A DNA stretch of 40,604 nt. Source: Amoebophrya sp. A120. Its lineage: Eukaryota; Protista; Dinoflagellata. This document shows positions 12,204-24,200 of this stretch, in pieces (position 1 is the first letter of the stretch; every line of letters starts with the position of its first letter). The notes under the pieces were generated by a model. That model worked only from the letters and a program-made list of their open reading frames with translations. It was not told the DNA's origin and ran no database searches. The DNA is taken from the NCBI GenBank assembly GCA_905178155.1, contig CAJINV010000006.1, positions 4,180,356-4,220,959 of the forward strand, in the 5' to 3' direction. The translations under genes were made by a program, and so were the position numbers.

Positions 12204-15200
12204 TCACAAACTCTGCGACCTTTTGTAATCCACTTTTTCCGACTATGAATTGCAAATATGTCTGGGTCTGGAAGATTGCAAGACTTGTCATGCCCGTTTT
12301 ATTGCAGGACCCATAATGTCTGTGATGTCTGCCCTAGCATCACAGATTTGGGAAGGGCTTCCTGATGCCTATACAGCATAACAAAATGAAATTCCGCCTC
12401 CGCGATGCAAAAACTGCACTCCTTCTTCCTGCTCGCGCATTACAGATGTTCGTAGAATCCAAAGGCAGCTGCATTACAAATTGCCCTCTTCCAGACATCC
12501 AGACAGATTTGCAATGCATACCGCCGCATTTCTACTTTCCCTCTCTTCCACCTCCAGTAACTTGGTCTGGCTGAACGCCGTCCTTGGCGGTAACGACAGA
12601 CTGAAATCTATGCGGTGGAAAAACGTCCCCACCTCCCCAGTGTTAGGTTCAGAATTTTGCATCACAGATCCAGAAGTCTTGCGAGTCACGTATGACGAAC
12701 TGAAGCTGCTCTCGAAGATGTTGTAGTGCACATTAGCAAGGCCAGCCGTCGTGGATCACAAAAGCCGTCCCATTAGTTGATGCTGTCTACAGCATTACAA
12801 ATGCCGAACCACGACTAAATCTAAAACGCTTCTTATGGGGATGCGCATTACAAATGCTCTTGTTGTAGATGCAAATCTAAATGATAAATCTGCGGTGGTG
12901 ACGTTTTTCCTCAGGATAAAATCCAATTCTGTCATGTCCTCCTCCGCCCGATTGCTAGGGGAACCACGAGGACCTCCGCGCGATTGCTGGAGTGCGGACG
13001 GTATGAATTGCAAAAATGTCTGGGTCTGGAAGATTCCAACTTGTCATGGTAAATCTGAAGCATGCGAAAATCTGTGTTGCATGAGTGCCAAAAGCTGTAC
13101 ACTTTTGACCAAGTTGCAGGGGCGTTTCTCATGCAGGATAGGCATGGCAGAGACCTCGCAGAGTCTGTCATGCTAAGTCCCGCATTCCAGACCTCATGGG
13201 TCATGGAAAATCTGCGTGACAAGTCTACACTTTTCCAGACCCAGACATTTTTACAGTTGATAGACGGTGCCGTTCCACCCGCGCTGTTGGATGCGACCGG
13301 CAGGACAAACGCATTGGAACTCGCGGCTCCCGTGGTCGCTGACGTGCCACCGCCTGCAGCTCCTCCCGGGCTTACGTTGTACTCGGCAGATGTGTAGTTA
13401 TTCGTGTTCCTGTCGCTTTTTGATATTGCCCCGTTCCACCCAAATCCGCTTAACATATGCGCTCCGTTTATTATCTTTCCGTGTGCGTAAGAACCCCCGT
13501 TCTTGTTCTCTGCCGCTAGGTAGTTGGAATACTGTCGGTATGCAAGAAAAAAACTATGTGAGAAGTGCATGTCTGTGATGCAGAAAGTGCAAAACTGTTA
13601 CACTTGTCATGCTGGATGTGCGTCATAGGCTACTACTTTCATACGTGTTTCAACATACTAGCAGCGCATGTGACAGGTTTATTTCCCTGTAATGCAAAAC
13701 GAATTTGTGATGCTGCTCTTCACTTCAAAGTTACACTTACACAGTTTTTTCCAGGCGTAGTCGGTTTTTCAGTTTCAATACCCGCAGCACGTCCTTCTCC
13801 AACTTCTCGGCCATCGAAAGCTGCTGCTGCTGTTGTTGCTGCTGCAGAGGGCTGTTTCGATACCCGGCGACTGCCTGTTGCGTCGAGTCCTGCGCGTCGG
13901 AACTGGAGTTGCTGCTGTCCGCTGTGCTTTCAGAGTTATCAAATGCAAAAGTGTCTGGGTCTGGGAGGATGGAACTTGTCATGCTGTCTTTGGATTCCAA
14001 AAAAATCTGTATTGCGTCAGGAGCAAGAGGAGTCCAGTTTATGCTACGCGGAGGGGGTATTCCTCATGCGGTATAGGCATCAGGAAGCCCTCGCAAAATC
14101 ACTGATGCTAGGTCATGCATTACAGGCATCATCGTTAATGCAAAATGTGCATGACAAGTGTTCCAATGTTCCAGACCCAGACATTTTTGCATTTGATAAG
14201 AGGAACTTGTGAGCAAAATGTCTGTTTCTTGCTTCACTTGGGCGGCAGCAGCAGCACCACCAGCAACAGGCTCTTGGTCGTCGTGGTCTTGCGCCCGCCC
14301 CCCCTCGCCGGCGGTGCGCCGGCGCAGAGAGCCCAAAACCTGCTCCCCAAAGGATTGCACCACCGTTTCCTTCATCAGGTTCCGCAGCAGTTTCGTGAAA
14401 TTCTTCGAAAAATTCTGCAGCACCATTTGCACCACTGGCTTCGTGCAAACCTCGTTGTCCTGCTCCTCCTTCTTGTTCAGCAGGTAATGCACAAACGCCA
14501 TGTTTTCCCCCTCGCTGTCGTCTTGGTAGATGCTGTTTTTCGGCAGCTTCCGCGTGAAATGGATCTGCGACAGGTGCTATGCATTGCAAATATCCCTGGA
14601 TGTGTGGAACAATGCAGGAGTTTGTCATGCATATTTTGCATGAACCATGAGGTCTGTGATGCATTCTCTAGCATCAGAGATTCTGCGAGGGCTTTCTGAT
14701 GCTTATACCGCATGAAAAATGCCCTCTCCGCGTAGAAAAAATTGCACCTCTTTTGCTATTCATGCAATACAGATTCTATGTCGAATCCAAAGGCAGCATG
14801 ACAAGTTGCATCCTTGTTCCAGACCCAGACATATTTGCACTGGATAGGTGCCTCTTCGTGAAGGGCAGGTGCTTGGACACCACGTTTTTCATCTCGTGCT
14901 ATCAAATGCAAAAACATCCCCACCTCCCCAGGGTTGTCATGCAGATTTGCAATGACAAGAACGTTTGTGATGCGCGGGACCCCATGATAGGCATTTCCAG
15001 TCATGATGTTTTGGGATCATTTGTGATGCTGTAAACAGGAACAGCAAATGGATTTGTAGTGCGGCTGTCCTCGCCAAAGACTATGCAGCTGCACTACAAT
15101 ACTGCAACTTGTCATGCGTCTGACTCCCAAAGCTTCAAGGTTTGTGTTGCAAAATCCGCATCTTGACAACAATGGGGACGTTTTTCCTCAGGATACGTGC

Positions 15201-18200
15201 TGCCCGCCGCCCATGGACGCCGGGGTCTGCGGGGGCCCCGCCGGTCCTCCCCCTCCGCCAACCCCCAATCCCCCGGACCCGCTCGTGGGCGTGTTCATTT
15301 CGACACCGGAGGGCTCGTCGTGGTCCAGAAACCCCCGCGCGCCGGCCGCGCTACCGCCCCGCCCCCGGAGCTGCACTGCTACCCGGGGGTCCGTGGGCAA
15401 GTCCATCGACGGACTGCTATGCTTCGTAAAAGTACCGTACTCGTAGTAATGAATCGCTATCATGCATGACATTTTTTTTTTCAACTCAAATCCGCATTAC
15501 AAAGTCCATTTCCCATGCTCAGGAAATTTGTCGTGCGATTTATACTAGTACGATGGTACTTTTGCAATGCATAACTGCGCGGCGACGGCATCTGTTGCAA
15601 CTCCCGGTCTTGCTCACTGTTGTAACTATCGATGGTGACGGACCGCTTCAGAACCGGCAAGTAGTGGCTGCCCTCCTGGAACAGGACCGGATTGCTGAAG
15701 CTGCTGAACGAGTTTCTGCGTTTGAGGGGGAAACCGTTGTAAGCACCCGACGTATATGAAATTGCAAATATGTTTGGGCCTGGGAGATTGCGATATTTGC
15801 CATGCTAGTCTGGTATGATTCTGAAATCTGTATTGCGTGGCCGCGAAGAGCGCCTCCTGCCCGTCATGCAAAAATGCAGTTTCTCATGCGGAGTACGCAA
15901 CTCAGACCCACGGAAAACGAAAAACTTGTCATGCTAGGCAGCGCATTACAGAGTGCTCACTCTTCCCTTCCTTGCTTCACAAGTTTCCAGACCCGGACAT
16001 ATTTGCATTCGATAACGTAGTTCCCGTAAGAGAGGAGTTGGACCGCGACGCAAACCGTTTCATCCGTAGCATCTCGAATTCCTTCCGCCTCTATCAAAAG
16101 GAAAACTCCCTCTCCCCATATGATCAAAACGAAGTTTCTGATGCTGGATTTGAGTACACAGATCAGATCTGTCTTGCTGGAGAGGACCGCAGACCCATAT
16201 GATCAAGCCTGAGCGCAGAGGCTTTCGCCTCGGCGCTCCTTAGCATGAAAAACGTCCGTGCTGTAGGACCAGCAGCATGACAAAACACCCGCATAATGCG
16301 GCGGAGGAGCCGGTGGAGTTGCCGTCTTGCAAGACAGACGCGATTTGTGGTCACAAATCAGCAACACAAATTTTCGAAAACCTCCCGCGTCAATATGGGG
16401 AGGGAGGATTTTTCCTTGCGATAGCCTCGCCGCATTGATCACCCCCCGCATGGCCGCCAGCTTCACCTTGTACGCGCGAAACTTTTATGAACTGCAAAAG
16501 CATCGCACTCGTATAAATGCATTACAAATTTCCTCAGCATCAGAAATAAAATTTGTCATGCGGATCTGCCTTGAGAAAAAGATTTGTAATGCAAGACTTG
16601 CATTCATACGAATACGATACTTTTGCACGGGATAACTTTTTCGCCTCGACTTCGTTCATCGGGTAGCGATATCCACTGCAAATATGTCTGGGTACATGGA
16701 AGAGTGCAAGACTTCTCATGCAGGTTCAACATGATGCATGAGGTCTGGAAGGCAGGATCTAGCATGACAGATTCTGTAAGTAGATCTGCATCATGCCTAT
16801 CCTGCATGAGAAACTTACTCCCAACTTGGTCAAGAGTGGACAGCTTTTGGCAATGATCATGCAACACAAATTTTTGCATGATCCAGATTTAGCATGACAA
16901 GCTGCAGCTTTCCAGACATCCAGACATATTTGCAGTGCATAAGCGAAGCAAACATTCCGTCAAATCCTGCTTGGACAACTGCGTGCACTCGCAGTACGTG
17001 AGCGCGGCTTTATCGTAAGGAAAAATCCCCCCTCCCCATATCAAAGAGGTGCAACTTCGCAGAAAATTTGCAATGCTGATTTGTGGCCACAAATCTTTTT
17101 GTCTTGCAAGAAGGCCACTCTACAGTCTCCGCCACACTAGGCAGACGGTTTGTGATGCTGCTCGGGCTACAGCATAGACATTTGTGACACGAAGCGTCCA
17201 CGTCAGAAGCTCTGTACTCAGGCACGGCAACATATGCCTGCACTCCTCTACTGCACGACAGCTCTGATTTGTGTACGGAAATCCAGCATCAGAAACTTCG
17301 TTTTGATATGGGGAGGGGGGATTTTTCCTTTTGATAGGCCCCGCGGTAGAACCGTAGCAAGTCCGGGTCGTCTAGGATTACGTCGTCGCCCCAATACCGC
17401 CCGGTGAAGAAGATTTTTCCGTCCATCAACACCAGGCCGCGCTTCAGAATCCACAGGCACTGAATGTCCACGAAAACCTCCCCCTGCGCGAGCACGCGGT
17501 CTTTCAGCTTCTTGCACACCGAGGCCAGTAACTTCTGCTCGAAGGCCGTGAAGCAGGGGACTTGGAGGAGGAAAAACGAGTTCAGCTTGAAGAACAGCTC
17601 CGCTTGCAGGTTGTATTGCGAGGAAAAATCCCCTCTCCCCATATCGGACAGGAAATTTGTGATGCTGGATGTGCGTAGACAAATCGATTTGTATTGCTAG
17701 AAGAGCAAGAGACGCAGTCGCGGCCATAATTGCAGGCCATTTGTTATGCTGTTCCCCACTTCCAGTTACCGCCTGTCATGCTGAAGATGCAAGGCCTTCC
17801 GCCCACGCCAGCCAGCACTGCAGTCCGCATCTTTCTTTTCCTCTTCTAGCATGACAAGAACATGATTTGTGGTCACAAATCAGCATCACAAATTTCCCGT
17901 TTGAGTATAGTGTCGTGGGGGGATTTTTCATTTTGATAGGTTGGGGGAGATCTTCTGCATCAGGTTCTTGTAATTCTCGTGGCGGGACAAGTCCCTCGTT
18001 TATGAGAGTGCACATAGCTCCCCCTCGTTCTCATTTCTCATGCAAAATCTCAACTCCAATTGCTCCCTGGCGTCACTGTTATGCATGACAGATTCCGGAA
18101 GGAGCCCAGACAGTGCTACACGACTAGAAGTGCATGAATTTGTCATGCACAGGCTGCACGTAGGCTGGTATTTGTATTGCAGCAGCAGCTGTTCATCATG

Positions 18201-21200
18201 CAATAGCACAATAAGTGAGGGCGAGGGGGAGTTGTGCACAACTCTCATATCGTTTTGTACAGAAACACGCGGAGCTTCTTCCCCAGCCGGTTGCTCAACC
18301 CCAGGGAGTTGTATCCTAAGCGAAAACGTCCCCGCCCCATTGTCAAGTTCTTAGGAATCTAGCAACACAAATCTCCGAGTTTTGCGGGCTGTGCATGACA
18401 AGTTTCCCTCTGCAGTGTAGTGCTGGTTGGCAAGGCAAGCCGCATGAGAAAGCGATTTTCTCATCCTGTTTACCGCATTACAAATTCCAAAACACGATTG
18501 GAAATGCCTCTCGTGGAGCTGCGCATTAGAAATGTTCCTGACATCGCGCATTTGCATCACAACTCTGGGGTCGTGGGGACGTTTTTACTCAGGATAAGTT
18601 GATCAGCTTGTTCAACTCGTCGATGGATTGAAAGAAGTCCCGCTGACTCGGGTCCATGTTCGCCAAAACGCCACAGGCCGCGCCGTATCAAGTGTAAAAG
18701 TGTCTGGGTCTGGAAGAAAGCAACTTGTGATGCTGCATTTGGATTCCAAAAAAATCTGTATTGCATGAGCACCAAAGGAAATGCAATTTTTGCTACGCTG
18801 AGAAGGCATTTGTCATGCGGAATACGCATCAAGAAGCCTTCCAAAAATCTGTATTGCTAGGGTATGCATCACAGACATCACGGCTCATGCAAAACGTGCA
18901 TGACAAGTGTCAGAATCTTCCAGACCCAGACACTTTTACAGTTGATACGCCGATCACCGCGGTCCAGAGCATGCCGGCGAGAAACATCATGACGCAGCCG
19001 AAAAACCTTTCGTCGGGGGTCTTGGCGTATCCTGTGCAAAAGTATCGTACTCGTATAAATGCACGTCTTGCATTACAAATCTTTTTCTTAAGGTAAACCA
19101 GCATTACAAATTTCATTTCTCATGCTGAGGAAATTTGTAATGCATGTATACGACTACGATACTTTTGCAATCCATATGGCGGTGCCGGTGTCCCCGTACC
19201 CGATGGAGGTGAGCGTCATGAGCGCGTAGTACAGGGAGACCGCGTATAATTGCTCGGGGTCGTGCCGGCACTTCAAACAGAGCTGCACCTCGTACAGGGT
19301 CAACGCCGTCGGGCAGTTGCAAAAGGCCTCGATCCAGGAGAGTTTCTTGGTGTAGATGCTTTCCGGAATGCTACCGAAGTCCAGGTTCTCCTCCTGCAGC
19401 TGCAAACCCAGGTGCCGGCGGTGGGCACCCGGAGGACCCGCGGCTGGTGCACTTGGCTTATTCATCTCCAGATAAAACTGCTGCTCGTCCACGTCCTCAG
19501 ATGATGGACGAGGTTGCGATGATGATGATGATGATCCTGGTTCATCAAGTTCAAGTTCATCTCCTCGCCCTATAATTTCATTCCCTTCGCCCTCTTGTCC
19601 AGCCGTGCGACGGCGTGACGGTCGCGGGTGAGGAGAGGGATTCGTGCTAGGAGTGGAAGTTGTTATAGTACTTTCAGTTGTACCAGCAAGAGGACCATCG
19701 CCTCCGCGGTCGATACCAACACTGCCGAGTTGTGCAGCTCTAGTTGTACTTAGGTCGGCGTCGTGGGTAGTACTATGGCTAGTACGGGCCGCGTAGTTCT
19801 TGTGTAGTAATTCCAACGGGTACGCCATGCTGGCAAGGTTGGTGTCGACGTCGCCAGGAGGTGATATGGAAGCGTCAGGTTTGAAATCGACAAAGTTGAA
19901 GTCATTTGTCATGCATAAAATGGATGCCAGTTGGAACCCAGTTTCCAAGTGGCGCATGGCAAATTTCGGTGGTCCCTAAATCCAGTTTGTCATGCTGTTT
20001 AGGCAAAGAAGAGCGATTTTCCCATGCTACTTTAGCAGCTCGAGCTGTAACCCCAAACAGGCTTACAATCGGCCTCACTTGCCTGCTCTGCAACACACGT
20101 GCCTCGGGTCATGCATTTTATGCATTACAGATTATTTCAACTTTGACGATTTCAAACCTGACGCTTCCATAGGTGACGTCCAAACCTTAGAGTTGCTCTT
20201 CCCGAAAAACTTTTGCGCCCTCTCTCCTGCAGGAGCAGCTTGATCTGGAGGTACTTCTTGTATTTTTAAATCAGCGTCGAAATAATTCAAGTCTTTGTCT
20301 TGCCCATGATCTTTATACCCGTGGTCCCACTGGCTTGGGTAATTCTTCCGGTAGTTGCGATGTCCTTTATCTGGTGAACCACTACTTCCATTCCTCCTCC
20401 GAACTGCGGTTCTGTAAAAATCTTCGCTAGAGGAGAAGTTGATGTTCTTTTCCCCTCGTCCACTAAAAGACGTCGTGGCACTTTTCGTTTTCCTTATAGA
20501 AGTCCCCGCCCTGGTACTAATCATATCTTCGCTCCTTATAGTACCCCTGGTCCTATCGTACTGGAGGTGGGGGAAGAACGTTGGTCTTTTACTGGTACCG
20601 TTCTCGAAATAACTCGCCGCAGTACTTCTACTTCTAGTAGGAGCAGCGGCAGCAGCAGAGGACAAGTCGTGAAGATGATCATGGTTGTTCCGCCCGAGAT
20701 GAACTACACCCGATGAATGAAGATGATTCTCCTCTGCCTGAAGAACATCGCCCCCCGATGATGTTGTTCGACGTGGCGATGTTGTCAACAAGAGTCGGCC
20801 ACTGTCCGAGTGCCCGCCCACGTGCGCTACGTACAAGGAAGAACTACTACCGCTTGTTCCCCCGCCCGTCGTTCCGGCCGGCAGCACCTCCGGAATGTCA
20901 AACCCGGCGATCCGCCAGCTCATGGGCTCCTTCAGTATCCTATGAAAAAACGTCCCCACACCAGAGTCAAGTCGGGAAATCTGCTAGACAAATCAGCCAG
21001 CTATGGTTGGTTCGCATGACAAGTTTCGATCCTTGTAGTGTAATCCTGATTAGCTAGCTCAGCAGCATCACAGATCTAGCATATCGTTCTCCTTCTGGCA
21101 TCACAGACTTCAAAACACGACTAGAAAATGCTTCTCATGGGGCTCCGCATGAGAAACTTTCTTGGCATGCAGCTTTGCATGACAACTATGGGGTGCGGAC

Positions 21201-24200
21201 GTTTTTACACAGGATATTCAGAAAATTTTTGTTCTGGTAAAACAATTGGTCGATCCCCACGAACTGCACGTAGCTCAGCCCCAGGTAGGCCCAGATGCAG
21301 GCCAGCCAGTGGCTGGATACCAGCAACACGCCGATGAACTTGATGAGCGACTGCGCCGCTTGTATCAAAAGGAAAAATCCCCCATATCAAAACGGAAATC
21401 TGTGGTGCAGATTTGTTGTCACTAATCAGCTTTGTCATGCTACACGGGAAAAGATGTAGACACTGTAGTGCTGGGTGGCGTGGGAATTATAAACCTTTGC
21501 GTCTTCAACTTAACAGAAAACCACTAAAAGTGGGAAACAGCATGACAAATTGCCTGCAAACGAGGCCACGACTGCGGCTCTTGTTGGCCTTCTAGCATGA
21601 CAGGTCGATTTGTGAGCTCAAATACAGCGTCACAAATTTCGTTTTCGATATGGGGAGGGGGGATTTTTCCTTTCGATAGCTTGGGGGTAAGGCAACGCGG
21701 AGGAGAATTCCTGCACGATGTCCCCCGCCTATGGGAGTGTCAGGATTGAAATCGACACAGTTGAAATAATTTGTAATGCATAAAATCGATACCCGTTGGA
21801 AGCCCAATTTCTAAGCGGCGCATGACAAATTTGGGTAGAGCCGGAATCCAGTCTGTAATGCTGTTTGGGTAAGGAGGACGCCTTTTGTCATGCTACTTTA
21901 GCAGCTCTATTCCTACCCCGCAACAGGCTCACAGTCTGCCTGTCTTGCCTACTCTGCAAGACAGGCATTTTGTGTGTTGCATTTTATGCATGACAAACTT
22001 TTTCAACTTTGACGATTTCGATTCTGACACATCCATACCGCCCGCGCCAGCCGCAACAGCTCGAACAAGCGCAGCAGCCGGATGTTCCGCAGAAACACCG
22101 TTTCACTGCCCTGCGTGTCCTTGCACACCTCCACATTGCCCGGCGACGAGGAGGGGTCGTGCAATTGTTGCTGCCCATGGATGTGAGTAGAAGTGGTACC
22201 ACTGTTGCTGCCGCCGCTCCAGCTGTCTTCCGCCCCCAGTGTCATGTAACACACGTTTTCGCTGGACCCGTAATCCGCCCCAGCCAGCGCCCACCACGGG
22301 AACACGGCGAGAAAGTCGATCAGAAACCAGGTGGACAGGTAGTTGGTGACGATGGACTTGTGCGAGGTGACCCAAATGTCACCACCGTGCATGGTCGCGG
22401 GGATCTTGTACATGACGAAAAACTGCAGGAACATGTGCGTGATAAAACACCCGTCCACCACCCGGTCGCAGATAAAGAGGATGGAGTATCAACAGGAAAA
22501 ATCCCCCCTCCCCCTATCGAAAAGGAAATCTGTGATGCGGGAGCCGCGTACACGAATCAGATTTGTCTTGCAGTAGAGCAGGACTGCACGCGAATCGCAA
22601 GCCTAGATAGGGGCCTTTTGGTGTAGGCGCCTAGCAACGTAGACGGCTGCTCTGTAGTCCTTACAGCACTACAAATCGCCTACACAGTGAGGCAGAGAGC
22701 CCGGATTTGCTTTCTAGCAAGACAGACAGGATTTGTGGTCACCAATCTGCATCGCAAATTTTCAGCGGGTACGTTTTCAATATGGCGAGGGAGGATTTCT
22801 ACCTGCAATATGGAGGACGGCTGGTTCAAAAACACCACCTCGAACGGCGTCACAAACGTGACGTAGAGCATCGCGATTCGGGTCAGCAGGTTGATCAGCT
22901 GGTTGAACTTGTTCGTAGGGTGCACGACAAACCGGCCCCTTTGGCGCAGCAACTGCTCCACCTCGGTTGGGTTCAAACTCGTCCGCCTCCGCGTCTGGAT
23001 CGACTTCGTATCCCAGAGAAAAAAACAGGCAGGGCAGATTTCTAATGCAAAAATAAATACACAGAAAAATGTGTCATGGGCGGACCCATAGCATGCTGTT
23101 CAGGATATAACGCAATACAGATTTTCTTGTGTATTTATTTTTGCATTACAAATGTGACCTGCCGGCTTTTTTCTGTGTGATATTTCGCGGAAAAAAACAG
23201 TGACTCCACGGACCTATTGGTGAACAGCGGCGAGGCTAGCGTGGACACGGAAGACCCCACGGTATCAAATGCAAATATGTCTGGGTCTGGAAGAGTGCGA
23301 ACTTGTGATGCGCATTTGACAGCACAAACAAATCTCTCATGTATAAGCAGCAAAAGATGCCCATTTCCTGCCACCAAAGTGGGGGATTTGTCATGTGGAT
23401 TAGGCATTGCGGAACCTTCTCGAAGTCTGTGATGCTAGGTCTTCCATGACGGACCTTCTGTATCAAGCAAAAGCAGCATGACAAACATCTGCATTCTTCC
23501 AGACCCAGACATATTTGCAGTTGATACACGGTGCGGGTGAGCAAATTCGGCAACGGCTTGTTCCGCTATCAACAGGAAAGATCCTCCCTCCCCATATCGG
23601 ACAGGAAGTTTGTGATGCTGGATTTGCGTACACAAATCAGTTTGTATTGCAAGAATGGCAAGAGCCGCAGTCGCGGCCTTAATTGCAGGCCACTTGCTAT
23701 GCTGTTTTCCACTTCCACTTGCCTCCTGTCAAGCTGAAGATCCAAGGCTTGCCCACGCCAGCCAGCACGACAGTCCGCATCTTTTGCCTTCTAGCATGAC
23801 AGCATGATTTGCGGTCACAAATCAGCATCAGATATTTCCAGTGAGTATGGGGTGGGAGGATTTTTCCTTTTGATATCCGCTGTCGGGTGCGCCAGTGCGT
23901 GGTCACCGCCCGTCGGCTGGCCAACTCATCCTGGAATTCAAAGTCCTGCGCCGCGGTTTTCCGCCGCGCCAGCTGCTGCGCGTTGGTGGGCCGGTGGTTG
24001 GCGGGCGTGCTGAAATTGGGCCTGCGATCGGACGAGGGGTGGGGGAAGTTGTGCCTGTTTGGATGCGGAGTTCCGCGCCCAGGCCTGCCCTGGAGCTGGT
24101 TTGGACCGGCGGCTTGTAGCTGCTGTGGCTCTACTCCACGTCCCCCGCGCGTGCTGGCGATAGTACTTGTGCTTGGTGCCGATGATGTCCTTCTCTGGTA

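Noticed and set aside
13517-13780. Wider boundaries for the family G element (DR GCCGC/CCCGC) implying a frameshift
   Set aside because: Boundaries 13539-13759 give a perfect GTCGG DR, better TIRs and an in-frame junction (KNRQYSNY).
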